A DNA stretch of 64,000 nucleotides from Gammaproteobacteria bacterium (GCA_965203725.1 CBDBDH010000003.1:259973-323972), one strand, 5' to 3'; positions 1 through 9,825 are shown, numbered from the stretch's first letter. Program-made: numbers and translations. Notes: generated from the letters alone by a model not told the origin.

Positions 1-702
1 TTCCACGTATTCACCGACCTTGACCAGGATCTCATGCAGATGCAGGAAGGACGATGACAGGTTCTGGCCATGGTCCACGACCAGCGTGCCTCCTGAAAAG
101 TACATGTCCTCAGCGTAGGTCACCCGCCCGGGGGCGGGTGCGAGGACCCGCGTGCCCGTGGGGGCGGCGATGTCAATGCCGTAATGGGGCTGGCGCGGCT
201 GGCCGTTGAGAATTCGCTGGCTGCCGTAAATTCCCGAAATCCGCCCCCGCACGGGCCAGATGAATCCTGATTTGAAGTCCATGCGGTCCTCATCGAGGCT
301 TCGCGCCGCTGCAATCTCGGCGCTTTCCCTGCGGATCCGCCGCAGGGTCTGCGGGCCCGGGTTCACCTGGGCATTGGGCAGGCCGTCGATGCGCTGGGTG
401 TCATACTCGCGCCCGGCGATCTCGAACGCGTACGAGCGCACGGACTCGTCTTGCGCCCGTACGATAACGGTAGCCCGGGGCGGGTAGTCCCGGCCAAAGC
501 CGAGGATGAATTCGCCGGTGGGAGAAACACGCACCGCATGCCCGTTGGCCCATACCTTAGAGTCCGGGCTCACCTGCCCGAACGCCAGCCCGCCCTGGAT
601 CAGGTTGCCGGTCAGCGCAAGATCGCCCGCCCCTGCACTTGCAAGCAGGGACAGCGCAAGCCCGCCCCCCGCGAGTGCGGCCTTGATCCAGGTAGGTATC
701 AT
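1..702 (-). CDS. M23-family peptidoglycan metallopeptidase (C-terminus lies beyond the window edge)
   Basis: Minus-strand ORF starts ATG at 702 (MIPTWIKAALAGGGLALSLLASAGA signal peptide) and runs off the window start. C-terminal region has the LytM/M23 signature HYGIDIAAPTGTRVLAPAPGRV...VVDHG. Not in the ORF track because it has no stop in the window. Confidence 0.6.
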   Translation of the reverse strand, partial: MIPTWIKAALAGGGLALSLLASAGAGDLALTGNLIQGGLAFGQVSPDSKVWANGHAVRVSPTGEFILGFGRDYPPRATVIVRAQDESVRSYAFEIAGREYDTQRIDGLPNAQVNPGPQTLRRIRRESAEIAAARSLDEDRMDFKSGFIWPVRGRISGIYGSQRILNGQPRQPHYGIDIAAPTGTRVLAPAPGRVTYAEDMYFSGGTLVVDHGQNLSSSFLHLHEILVKVGEYVE

Positions 703-811
703 CCGGTGGTCGAGCGCCCGTTGTCAGCGAATCGCCGACAGAGATGGCTGCCCGGTCCGTTGACCGGGCAGGAGGCTGGCCGTGGCCAGGAGGATCAGAT
801 CGAGAGTGCGC

Positions 812-1513
812 TCAGGCAGGCCCGTACTGGAATGCCGAGGACAGTCCGGCCTTGCCGGACTCGTACCAGTCGATGCCGTTGTCGTGGTAGCGCGCCCGCT
901 TGGACATGTGCAACGTGATCGGGTTGTGCGGCGCAACTGCCAGCGGAGTATGGGCCAGGACGATGTCCTTGCCGTCCTCTCCCTTGATGGGGGAAATATC
1001 GTTTTCACCCACGCCTTCCACTACCAGATGCTTCCTCTCGGGCGTGTCCATGATGCTGATATGGGCCTTCTTGACGCTGATGAGATCGCTGATCAGGCTG
1101 GCAATCACGCCCAGGTGGCCACCGCCTTCACCGCTCCACAATGCCTTCAGGGCCTTGAACTGCGCATTGCTCGCATGATCGTCAATATACAGGGCTGCGC
1201 GCCAGTTGCCCTTGAGAAGGTTGCCCGGGGCATGCAGCCACACGGACACTTTCATGCCGCCCAGGTCGACATCACCATAATGACCCTTGTCGATACGCCA
1301 GCCAAGGAGCGCCGTGCATGAACCCACGGTCGGGTCATTCAGCAAAAGACACGGGCAGACGTTGTCGCAGGTGCAGGACTCAAAATAGTTGCCCGTGACT
1401 TTCCAGTCCACGGCATGGTCACTCGAAGCCTGCGAGACCCCGAGTCCCGCTGAACCCAGGGCCATCGTGCACCCGGTCGCTTTTAGAAATTTTCTTCGGT
1501 TAAAAATTGACAT
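812..1513 (-). CDS. DUF1326 family protein, Tat-signal (exported) paralog
   Basis: 233 aa. Twin-arginine motif RRKFLKATG at the N-terminus. Conserved Cys cluster SCTCDNVCPC...GSCTAL. 70% similar to the downstream paralog. Confidence 0.7.
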   Translation of the reverse strand: MSIFNRRKFLKATGCTMALGSAGLGVSQASSDHAVDWKVTGNYFESCTCDNVCPCLLLNDPTVGSCTALLGWRIDKGHYGDVDLGGMKVSVWLHAPGNLLKGNWRAALYIDDHASNAQFKALKALWSGEGGGHLGVIASLISDLISVKKAHISIMDTPERKHLVVEGVGENDISPIKGEDGKDIVLAHTPLAVAPHNPITLHMSKRARYHDNGIDWYESGKAGLSSAFQYGPA

Positions 1514-1863
1514 GTTAGTTCTCCTGCCATCTCATCTGAAATCGCACCGGTCTGCATGAATCAAACCAGCCATCTCGCAAAGTTATCTACCGCGTACTAT
1601 AGCCCAAAATGGCTATTCTTTAAACAGGCAGGCCGATTGCCGAGGGGGTAGGACATTTCATCCCGGGCGGGGTCAGCGGGCGCCCATTCAGATCAGCGGG
1701 TTAGACGGTCTTCCTGTATATCTTTGGATGGACGAATCCGCAGCCTTGCCAGGCGGGCCACAGGAGGATTGCGACGGGGTCCGAGGTTGGGAGCGCGCGT
1801 GAACCCGAGCCGGGAAAGGCCCGGGTTCAATGCAGGTGAGATCCGCGGCAGTGCGCGCCCGGC

Positions 1864-2472
1864 TTAGCCCGGCCCGTACTGAAACGGTGATGCCAGGGCA
1901 GCCTTGCCGGATTCGTACCAGTCGATGCCGTTGTCGCGGTACTGCGCAGTCGTGGATGTGTGCAGGGTGATCGGATTTCCGGGGGCCACTGCAAGCGGGG
2001 TGCTGGAGACGATGACAGGCTTGCCCTCTTCTCCCTCGATCGGGACGATTTCGTTTTCCCCGACCCCTTCAATCACCAGGTGCTTCCTTTCCGGCGTGCT
2101 CTCAAAGCTGATGTTCGCTTTCTTGGCACTCAGGACGTTGCTGACCAGGCTCGCGATCACCGCCAGGTGACCACCGCCGTCGCCGCTCCACAGGGCGCAG
2201 ATGGCTTCAAATTGCGCATCATCCGCAGCCTCGTCGACATACAGCGCCAGGCGCCAGTTGCCCGCCGTCAGGTTGCCCGGTGCGTGCAGCCAGACCGCGA
2301 CCTTGATTCCGTCCAGACTGACATCGCCAAAGTGTCCCTTTTCGATGCTCCAGCCGACCAGGGCCGTACACGATCCCACGGTCGGGTCTTTCAGCAAAAG
2401 ACACGGGCATAAATTGTCACAGGTGCAAGACTCGAAATAGTTGCCCTCTACACTCCAGTCTGTCGTCGACAT
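1864..2472 (-). CDS. DUF1326 family protein, cytoplasmic paralog (no signal peptide)
   Basis: 202 aa. Same CTCDNLCPC...GSCTAL cysteine cluster as the 812-1513 gene, but lacks any signal peptide. Confidence 0.7.
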   Translation of the reverse strand: MSTTDWSVEGNYFESCTCDNLCPCLLLKDPTVGSCTALVGWSIEKGHFGDVSLDGIKVAVWLHAPGNLTAGNWRLALYVDEAADDAQFEAICALWSGDGGGHLAVIASLVSNVLSAKKANISFESTPERKHLVIEGVGENEIVPIEGEEGKPVIVSSTPLAVAPGNPITLHTSTTAQYRDNGIDWYESGKAALASPFQYGPG

Positions 2473-2792
2473 AGCAAACCTCCCGGCCTATTTGGAATAA
2501 ACTCATCACCTGCCAAAAACGCTGGCAGGACTGCGCTTGAGTATAGCCTAAAAAGGTCAAGCTTGAAATACTGCGCACCGGTTCGATGCCAAGGGTAGCT
2601 TCGATACGATGGAGCACGACAACGGGAGATCCGCGTGTCCATGGAGTTCGAGCCTGGAGCCTGGCCGGGCTTTTCTGTACGCGGGCGATCGAGTATGATT
2701 GTTGCCGATGATTCAGACTGCTTGCTGGGCTTTCACGGCGCGGTTCGCGTACCCGTGATCCGATCGTTCAACATACTCAGGAAGGCACTCCC

Positions 2793-3593
2793 ATGAATGC
2801 TCCCACTCCTCCCGTTGCGGGACTTTCTCCGCAAGACAAGAAGATCGTCATCTCCGGCCTGATCCTGGTATCGGGCGCGTGCTGGCTGTACATACTCTAT
2901 ATGGCCTGGGCCATGGAGAACATGCACCTGGTGGACATGTGGATGCCGCCGATGGCCGGCATGCAGCCCTGGACGGCCTGGGACTTCCTCATGCTGTTTC
3001 TCATGTGGTTCATCATGATGATCGCCATGATGACCCCGAGTGTCTCGCCGATGGTCATGATGTTCACCACCGTGAACCGGCAAAAGAAACTCAAGCAACA
3101 GCCGTACGCCCCCACTTTCATTTTCCTGACGGGATACCTGGTGGCCTGGGCGCTGTACAGCGCCTTCGCGAGCGCCATCCAGTGGCCCCTGCATGAAATC
3201 AACCTGCTCGACCCGATGATGTACAGCAACAGCTACCTGCTCAGTGGCGCGATCCTCGTGCTGGCTGGCATCTACCAGATGACCCCGATGAAGGATGCCT
3301 GCCTGAACCAGTGCAGGACGCCGCTCGGCTTCCTGATGGCCGCCTGGAAGGATGGCAAGAGCGGCGCCTTCCAGATGGGCCTGTACCACGGAATGTTCTG
3401 CGTGGGGTGCTGCTGGGCGCTGATGGCGGTGCTGCTGGCCGTGGGCGTGATGAACATGCTCTGGGTCCTGCTGATCGCAGTCTTCGTCCTGATCGAGAAA
3501 ATTCTTCCGTTCTCTCCCACCGCGACCCGCTTGATGACGGGCGCGGGACTGATCGCCTGGGGTGGCTACTGGCTGAGCCTGCATCCCTGGTAG
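2793..3593 (+). CDS. DUF2182 family predicted metal-binding integral membrane protein
   Basis: 266 aa, about 6 TM helices, Met/His-rich loops (MWMPPMAGMQPW, MMIAMMTPSVSPMVMMF). Divergent from the DUF1326 pair, a commonly observed co-occurrence. Confidence 0.65.
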   Translation: MNAPTPPVAGLSPQDKKIVISGLILVSGACWLYILYMAWAMENMHLVDMWMPPMAGMQPWTAWDFLMLFLMWFIMMIAMMTPSVSPMVMMFTTVNRQKKLKQQPYAPTFIFLTGYLVAWALYSAFASAIQWPLHEINLLDPMMYSNSYLLSGAILVLAGIYQMTPMKDACLNQCRTPLGFLMAAWKDGKSGAFQMGLYHGMFCVGCCWALMAVLLAVGVMNMLWVLLIAVFVLIEKILPFSPTATRLMTGAGLIAWGGYWLSLHPW

Positions 3594-3812
3594 TGAATTT
3601 CCGGGGTCTGTGAAACCCGGTCCTGGTCCGGGCTGCGTAACAAGGGCACGGATGCCGTCGACCGAACAGGCAGACCACAGCGGCCTGTTCGAGACGCAAT
3701 CACCGAGTCTCTCAAGTTTGCGGGAAAGGCCGCAGCGGACCGCTGAACCCCAGCGCCTGCGATTGCATTCTCGCGACTGCGCGCGCACCTGCCCGCACCG
3801 TGCAGCACGGGA

Positions 3813-4133
3813 TCAGTAATTCGTGCACGGCTCGATGCCTTGCTCATACAGCCTTGCGCTGCGGGGATGGGCCAGGCACTCCATTTTTGCGCGATGCCGG
3901 GCTTGCTCATCGGCGGCTTCGCGCCGCTTTATCCGGCAATATGGATCGCAGTAATCCGGACTGTCGGGATCCTGTTCACTGGCCGAATATGTAACCGGCT
4001 CCGGGACTATGACCGGCCCGGCCTTCTCCGCTTCGACGGATTCGGGACCCGGCATGCAGCCGGTCAGCAAGAATGCCGCCAGCAGCCATGCGAAAATCTG
4101 CTGTTTGCTGTTTGCCACAATGCCCCCAGTCAC
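3813..4133 (-). CDS. small lipoprotein, unknown function
   Basis: 106 aa. Signal peptide with lipobox LLTGC. Contains a CxxxC pair (CDPYC). Confidence 0.4.
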   Translation of the reverse strand: MTGGIVANSKQQIFAWLLAAFLLTGCMPGPESVEAEKAGPVIVPEPVTYSASEQDPDSPDYCDPYCRIKRREAADEQARHRAKMECLAHPRSARLYEQGIEPCTNY

Positions 4134-4360
4134 GGTTTCATGGAATCAGCGCACGATCCGGTTCCGGTTCTCGCGGAAGGCCGCTTCGGCCTCGTTCCGG
4201 GATTTCAGCGCCTCGGTGCATTTTAAGTACGTCGGGTCCGGAATGAAATACCGGGATCTCCACCCGATGTTGATGGATAAAATCGATGGCAGCCATCGCT
4301 ATTACTCGATGTTCCACCTGCGCGCTTAATCTACAATGGGGCCATTGAAGTGAAACGGAT

Positions 4361-4864
4361 ATGACCCAGGAGCAGATTATGGAACAGGCAACCTCATTGC
4401 CGATCGACATCGGCATCCCCGAGTCCCAGCGCGAGGAAATCGCCACCGGCCTGAGCCGGCTGCTGGCGGACACCTATACGCTGTACCTGAAAACCCACAA
4501 CTACCACTGGAACGTGACCGGGCCCATGTTCACGACCCTGCACACCATGTTCGAGGAACAGTACCAGGAGCTTGCCCTGGCGGTCGACGAAATCGCCGAG
4601 CGCATCCGGGCCCTGGGGATTTTCACACCCGGCTCCTACAGCCGCTTCAGGGAACTCACCCAGATCGACGAGGAGACCCGCGTGCCGAGTGCACAGGAGA
4701 TGATCCGGCAACTGGTGCTGGGGCAGGAAGCCGTGGTGCGCACAGCCCGGGAAGTTTTGCCCGTCATCGAAGCGGCCAACGACGGGCCCACCGCCGATTT
4801 GCTTACAAATCGCATGCAAATCCATGAGAAAACCGCCTGGATGTTGAGAAGTTTGTTGCAATGA
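4361..4864 (+). CDS. dps: Dps family DNA-binding ferritin-like protein
   Basis: 167 aa. Ferritin-like motifs [20 protein letters not shown] and [15 protein letters not shown]. Confidence 0.8.
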   Translation: MTQEQIMEQATSLPIDIGIPESQREEIATGLSRLLADTYTLYLKTHNYHWNVTGPMFTTLHTMFEEQYQELALAVDEIAERIRALGIFTPGSYSRFRELTQIDEETRVPSAQEMIRQLVLGQEAVVRTAREVLPVIEAANDGPTADLLTNRMQIHEKTAWMLRSLLQ

Positions 4865-4992
4865 GCAAGGCATTCAGTTGATGATGGCATGCATGCCCAT
4901 GCCGTAAGGCGCTATAGTGGGCACTGGTTCCATGTGGCAGGGAATACATTTGCTTGCAGAGCAACCCCTACACGCTACGAGAAGGAGGAGAC

Positions 4993-5322
4993 ATGTTTGG
5001 GTTCGGCAAAAAAAACAAGGACTTCAAGGCGACGATTTTGAACACGGGCCAGACCTTCGATGTCAAAGGCGGCATCAACCTGCTGCAGGCAGCCAAGAAT
5101 GCCGGGATTGACTGGCCGTGCGACTGCAAGGTCGGTTCGTGCGGGACCTGCCGCGCCAAACTGGTCAACGGCAAGGTCAAGGAGTTGACGGACTTCACCT
5201 ACACCCTGGACGGAGACATGCTCAAGGCCAACTACATCCTGGCCTGCCAGGCCCGGCTGAAAACGGACGTCGAGGTGGAGGTGGATTTCGACCAGACGGC
5301 GGTCAACCCGGAATACATCTGA
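4993..5322 (+). CDS. 2Fe-2S ferredoxin (plant-type Cys motif)
   Basis: Cys pattern C-x4-C-x2-C...C (CKVGSCGTC...LAC). Strong SD AAGGAGGAGAC 6 nt before the ATG at 4993. The longer ORF from 4954 lacks an RBS. Confidence 0.7.
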   Translation: MFGFGKKNKDFKATILNTGQTFDVKGGINLLQAAKNAGIDWPCDCKVGSCGTCRAKLVNGKVKELTDFTYTLDGDMLKANYILACQARLKTDVEVEVDFDQTAVNPEYI

Positions 5323-5435
5323 GCATGGACCCCTGCGGGTGTGGCTGGGCCTGTCGTGCGGTGTGCAGGCTGGCGGATCCCCGGTCCTGGGGTTACCCGG
5401 TGGGGTCGGGCCTGTCCTGCGGGTATTGAGTCGTC

Positions 5436-7265
5436 TTGTCCAAGGCCAGCCAACCGGGCTCGAACAGCCAGCTCCAGCTGCTGAAACAGAAACGGTTCGC
5501 CCCCTTTTTCCTGACCCAGTTCTTCGGTGCCTTCAACGATAACGTATTCAAGAATTCGCTGATCATCCTGATTGCCTTCCAGAGCAGCTACTCCGGAACC
5601 GACCTCTCGAACTACATCATCAATCTCGCCGCACTGCTCTTCATCCTGCCGTTTTTCCTGTTCTCCGCGACCGCCGGACAGATTGCGGACCGCTTCGGCA
5701 AGGCGGAACTGATTCGCAGGATCAAGCTGGGCGAGATTGCCATCATGCTGTTTGCCGGGGCGGGATTCTATCTCGACAGCATCCCCCTGTTGCTGTTCTG
5801 CCTGTTTCTCATGGGCACCCAGTCCTCCTTTTTCGGTCCGATCAAGTATTCCATCATTCCCGAGCACCTCAGGAAAAGGGAACTCATCGGCGGCAATGCA
5901 CTGGTCGAATCGGGAACCTTCATGGCCATCCTGCTGGGCACGATGCTCGGCGGGGTGCTGGTCGGGATGGCAGAAGATGCCCGGGCGCTGGTGTCCGCGA
6001 CCGTGATCGTCCTGGCCGGGTTCGGCTACCTGAGCGCCCTGCAGATACCCTCCACCGCGGCGGTGGCTCCCTCGCTCAGGGTGCGCTGGAACCCGGCCGT
6101 GGAGACCGTGCGCAATGTGGCGGCACTGAGAAAGTACGGACCGGTATTTTTCTCCATCCTGGGCATTTCGTGGTTCTGGTTCCTAGGGGCGACCTACCTC
6201 ACGCAGATGCCGAACTTCATCCGCCTGGCGCTTGGCGCCAATGCGCAGGTGGTCACGTTTTTCCTGGCCCTGCTGTGCGTGGGCATCGGCGTGGGGTCGC
6301 TGCTGTGCGAGCGCCTCTCCAACCGGTCGATCGAGCTCGGGCTGGTGCCGGTCGGCTCGATCGGACTGACGCTCTTCGGCATCGATATATTCTTTGCCAC
6401 CTCCCTGCAGGCCAGCGGTGAACTCCTCGGCCTGCAGGAATTCATTCGCAACCCCTCCAACTGGCGCCTGTGCGCGGACATTTTCCTGGTAGGACTGTTC
6501 GGCGGCATCTACATCGTGCCGCTGTATGCCATGGTACAGGCACGCACGAAGGCCGAGGAGCGCGCGCGGGTCATCGCCGGAAACAATATCCTCAATGCCG
6601 TTGCCATGATCGGTTCCGCCGTGTATGCGATCACGCTCCTCGGCGCAGGCCTTGGCATCCCGGCACTTTTCCTCACGGTGGCCCTGCTGAATGCCGCCGT
6701 GGCCCTTTTCATCTTCACGCGCGTGCCCGAGTTCCTGGTTCGCCTGATCGTCTGGACTTCGATGACGGCCGTCTACCGCATCAGGACCATTGAGCTGGAA
6801 AACCTGCCCAAGCAGGGACCGCTGATCGTGCTTTGCCACCCGGCATGCCTGCTGGATATCCTGATCCTGAGCAGTTGCCTGGGACGTCCGATGCGCCTCT
6901 TCGTAGCCCCTGAACACCTGGACTCACGCCTGTCGGCCTTCCTGCTCGAGGCGGTCAACCGCCTGGCCGACTCTTCCAGTCCGCAAGCCTCTGTCCGGGA
7001 AGTTTCGGCGCATCAGCAGATCATCGAGGACCTGGAGTTGGGCAACGTGGTGGGAATCTTTGCAGATGAAAATCTCCGACCGGAAGATCAGGCGAAGGAT
7101 GAGCAACTGCGCACACAGGCTGCAGTGAACAGCGTGCATATCACCCTGAGAAGAAGGTGGCCGAGCATCGAACTGGTCGCAGAGCAGCCGGTCCGCCTGG
7201 AGTCATGCAATGTGGAAGATTTGCAAAAGGCGACCCGGGGTGCACTCGTAGTGCCCGGTGCCTGA
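5436..7265 (+). CDS. MFS lysophospholipid transporter (LplT-like) fused to a C-terminal PlsC-type acyltransferase domain
   Basis: 609 aa. N-terminal 12-TM MFS similar to LplT (FFLTQFFGAFNDNVFKN...). C-terminal about 180 aa with an acyltransferase-like H(x4)D block (LIVLCHPACLLD). Confidence 0.65.
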   Translation: MSKASQPGSNSQLQLLKQKRFAPFFLTQFFGAFNDNVFKNSLIILIAFQSSYSGTDLSNYIINLAALLFILPFFLFSATAGQIADRFGKAELIRRIKLGEIAIMLFAGAGFYLDSIPLLLFCLFLMGTQSSFFGPIKYSIIPEHLRKRELIGGNALVESGTFMAILLGTMLGGVLVGMAEDARALVSATVIVLAGFGYLSALQIPSTAAVAPSLRVRWNPAVETVRNVAALRKYGPVFFSILGISWFWFLGATYLTQMPNFIRLALGANAQVVTFFLALLCVGIGVGSLLCERLSNRSIELGLVPVGSIGLTLFGIDIFFATSLQASGELLGLQEFIRNPSNWRLCADIFLVGLFGGIYIVPLYAMVQARTKAEERARVIAGNNILNAVAMIGSAVYAITLLGAGLGIPALFLTVALLNAAVALFIFTRVPEFLVRLIVWTSMTAVYRIRTIELENLPKQGPLIVLCHPACLLDILILSSCLGRPMRLFVAPEHLDSRLSAFLLEAVNRLADSSSPQASVREVSAHQQIIEDLELGNVVGIFADENLRPEDQAKDEQLRTQAAVNSVHITLRRRWPSIELVAEQPVRLESCNVEDLQKATRGALVVPGA

Positions 7266-7297
7266 GCCTTGCGGGGAATATCAGCCCGGCAGCAGGA

Positions 7298-7373
7298 TGG
7301 AGCGGGAAACGAGGCTCGAACTCGCGACCTCAACCTTGGCAAGGTTGCGCTCTACCAACTGAGCTATTCCCGC
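7298..7373 (-). tRNA. tRNA-Gly (GCC)
   Basis: Reverse complement reads GCGGGAATAGCTCAGTTGGTAGAGCGCAACCTTGCCAAGGTTGAGGTCGCGAGTTCGAGCCTCGTTTCCCGCTCCA, near-identical to enterobacterial tRNA-Gly-GCC. Lies downstream of pgsA as in E. coli (pgsA-glyW). Confidence 0.9.
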
Positions 7374-7425
7374 AGGTGACCACTGCCCGCCGGCCGGTCT
7401 GCAGATCAGGGTGCAGGGATTGTCC

Positions 7426-7995
7426 CTAACCCCGATAGGACCGGGCCGCACGGCTAATATAGATCATCATCGACCAAAGTGTAAGGACTACGGCCACGTA
7501 CAGCAACCCTATCCCGATCTCGAATACGGGGACGCCAAGCACCGGGTAGTAGTAGAGCAGAAAAAGCAGCGCCACCATCTGCGCGGCGGTCTTGAGCTTG
7601 CCCAGCATCGAAACGGCCACGGAATCGCGTTTGCCGAGTTCCGACATCCACTCCCGCAAGCCCGAAACCACGAGCTCCCGGGCAATGATGATCAGTGCCG
7701 GAATCAGGATGTACAGCTGCCCGTGGCGGTCGACGATCATCACCAGCACCGTGATGATGATCAGCTTGTCGGCAATGGGGTCCAGGAAGGCCCCGAGTTT
7801 CGAGACCTGGTCCAGCTTGCGCGCCAGATACCCGTCCAGCCAGTCCGTCACGGAAGCCACTCCGAACAGCACGGCCGCCAGCGGCATGCCCCAGTGCTCG
7901 GGCAGGAAATAATAGACGCCGACCAGCAGCGGCGTGATCAGGATCCGGATCAGGGTGAGGATGTTGGCAATGCCGTATACCATATCGAGATACAT
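7426..7995 (-). CDS. pgsA: CDP-diacylglycerol--glycerol-3-phosphate 3-phosphatidyltransferase
   Basis: 189 aa. CDP-alcohol phosphatidyltransferase motif DGYLARKLDQVSKLGAFLDPIADK. uvrC-pgsA-tRNA-Gly synteny. Confidence 0.9.
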   Translation of the reverse strand: MYLDMVYGIANILTLIRILITPLLVGVYYFLPEHWGMPLAAVLFGVASVTDWLDGYLARKLDQVSKLGAFLDPIADKLIIITVLVMIVDRHGQLYILIPALIIIARELVVSGLREWMSELGKRDSVAVSMLGKLKTAAQMVALLFLLYYYPVLGVPVFEIGIGLLYVAVVLTLWSMMIYISRAARSYRG

Positions 7996-9825
7996 TCAGT
8001 GGCTGTGGATTTCCTGGTAAATGGCCTGGGCGAGATGGCGGCTCACGCCCGGCACTTTCGCGATCTCTTCCACGCCTGCACGCGAGATCCCGCGCATCCC
8101 TCCGAAATGCTTCAGCAGGTTCTGCCTGCGCTTCGGCCCCAGCCCTGCAATGCGCTCCAGCGGCGATGAAACGCGTGCGCGCGCACGTCGCTTGCGGTGT
8201 CCGCTGATGGCAAAGCGGTGCGCTTCATCGCGGATCTGCTGGATCAGGCGCAGCGCCAGCGAATGCGGCGCAGGCCGCACCGAACGTCCGGTACTGCCCA
8301 GGATGAGCGTTTCCTCACCGGCTCTCCTGTGCGGCCCTTTCGCGACCCCGACGATGCAGACCCCTTCGACCTGCAGTTCAAGCAGTGCGTCCCTGGCCTG
8401 GGTGACCTGGCCCTTGCCCCCGTCGATCAACAGCAAATCGGGTAACTTGCCCTCCCCTTTCTTGAGCCGCAGGTAGCGGCGTGTCAGCGCCTGGTGCAGG
8501 GCGGTGTAGTCATCCCCGGCCCGGACTCCTTCGATGTTGAAGCGACGATACTCGGTTTTCAACGGCCCCTCCTGCTCGAACACCACGCACGAGGCCACCG
8601 TGGCCTCGCCCCGGGTATGGCTGACATCAAAACACTCGATGCGCTGGGGCACAAACTCCAGCCCGAGTTCGTCCTGGGTGGCCTCGAAGCGCTGCATGAG
8701 ACCGGCTTTGGAGGCCAGCTTGCCCTGCAGCGCTCCGATTGCGTTTTTTCTCGCCATGTCGAGCCAGCGGGCGCGCTGGGCGCGCGGTGCACAAACGATC
8801 GACACCTTCCTGCCCGCCTGGCTGCTCAGCATCTCCTGCAGGAGTCCGGCTTCCTCGGGGCGATGACTGAGTATAATCTCCTCGGGGATCGAGTGGCCAA
8901 GGTAGTACTGCCCCAGGAATGCATTGATGATTTTCTCCTCGCTTGCGATATCCGGAATCCTGGGAAAATAGCTCTTGTTGCCGAGGTTCATGCCGGCACG
9001 GATGTTGAATACCTGCACGCAGGCGATCTCGCCTTCCACCTCGACGGCCGCGATATCGACATCGCCGGTCTGGGCGCTGACGTACTGCTGCTCGGAGACC
9101 TTGCGCAGCATCTCGATCTTGTTGCGGGCCCGTGCGGCCGCCTCGTAATCCAGCTCTGCGGAGGCCTGGTCCATTTCGTTCACGTAGCGGGCAATCAGCG
9201 CATGGCTGTTGCCTTCCAAGAATTCGATGGCCGCCTCGATTTCGCTGCCATAGCTGTCCTCGTCGATCAGTCCCACGCAGGGGCCACTGCAGCGGTCGAT
9301 CTGGTACTGCAGGCAGGGCCGGCTGCGGTGGCTGAAGAAATAATCGTCGCACGGGCGCACCCTGAAAACCTTCTGCAGCAGGTTCAGGGCGCTGCGCGCC
9401 GCACCCGGGCTGGCATAGGGGCCGAAGTAGCGCCCTTTTCGCTCCCGCCGGCCCCGGTAGAAGGTGATCTGCGGGTAGTCGTGCTCGGACGAGATGAAGA
9501 TGTAGGGATAGCTCTTGTCGTCGCGCAGCAGGATGTTGTAGCGCGGGCGGTGGCGCTTGATGAGGTTGTTCTCGAGCAGCAGGGCCTCGGCCTCCGTATG
9601 GGTGACCGTGGTCTCGATGGCCGCCGTTTGCGAGATCATCCTGGCCAGGCGCGGGCTTCGCTGACCGCGGCTGAAGTAGGCGGCGACCCTTTTCTTCAGG
9701 TTCCTGGCCTTGCCGACGTACAGCAGCTTCCCCTGCGCATCGAGCATGCGGTACACGCCCGGGTCCAGGCTCAGGGTCTGGATGAACTGCCTGGGATCAA
9801 ATTCGCTCATGCCGGCCCGGGCCAC
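7996..9825 (-). CDS. uvrC: excinuclease ABC subunit C
   Basis: 609 aa. GIY-YIG N-terminus (GVYRMLDAQGKLLYVGKARNLKKR), UvrBC-interaction region and C-terminal HhH. Confidence 0.95.
   Translation of the reverse strand: MARAGMSEFDPRQFIQTLSLDPGVYRMLDAQGKLLYVGKARNLKKRVAAYFSRGQRSPRLARMISQTAAIETTVTHTEAEALLLENNLIKRHRPRYNILLRDDKSYPYIFISSEHDYPQITFYRGRRERKGRYFGPYASPGAARSALNLLQKVFRVRPCDDYFFSHRSRPCLQYQIDRCSGPCVGLIDEDSYGSEIEAAIEFLEGNSHALIARYVNEMDQASAELDYEAAARARNKIEMLRKVSEQQYVSAQTGDVDIAAVEVEGEIACVQVFNIRAGMNLGNKSYFPRIPDIASEEKIINAFLGQYYLGHSIPEEIILSHRPEEAGLLQEMLSSQAGRKVSIVCAPRAQRARWLDMARKNAIGALQGKLASKAGLMQRFEATQDELGLEFVPQRIECFDVSHTRGEATVASCVVFEQEGPLKTEYRRFNIEGVRAGDDYTALHQALTRRYLRLKKGEGKLPDLLLIDGGKGQVTQARDALLELQVEGVCIVGVAKGPHRRAGEETLILGSTGRSVRPAPHSLALRLIQQIRDEAHRFAISGHRKRRARARVSSPLERIAGLGPKRRQNLLKHFGGMRGISRAGVEEIAKVPGVSRHLAQAIYQEIHSH

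Noticed and set aside
1796-1840. GC-rich imperfect hairpin (gaacccg...cgggttc) downstream of the second DUF1326 gene, as a possible intrinsic terminator.
   Set aside because: No U/T-run follows on either strand. It is probably just GC-rich dyad symmetry.
2733-3788. 351-aa ORF antisense to the DUF2182 gene. Similar very long ORFs occur at 8494-9861 (anti-uvrC), 9883-11481 (anti-UDG/fabH), 13788-14981 (anti-rluC), 15425-17101 (anti-rne), 35843-36970 (anti-rarA), 55623-56468 (anti-aldH) and 61869-63347 (anti-yqaA/pcm).
   Set aside because: High GC suppresses stop codons on the antisense strand. These ORFs overlap strongly conserved genes, have Arg/Pro/Gly-rich low-complexity translations, and lack recognisable motifs or RBSs.
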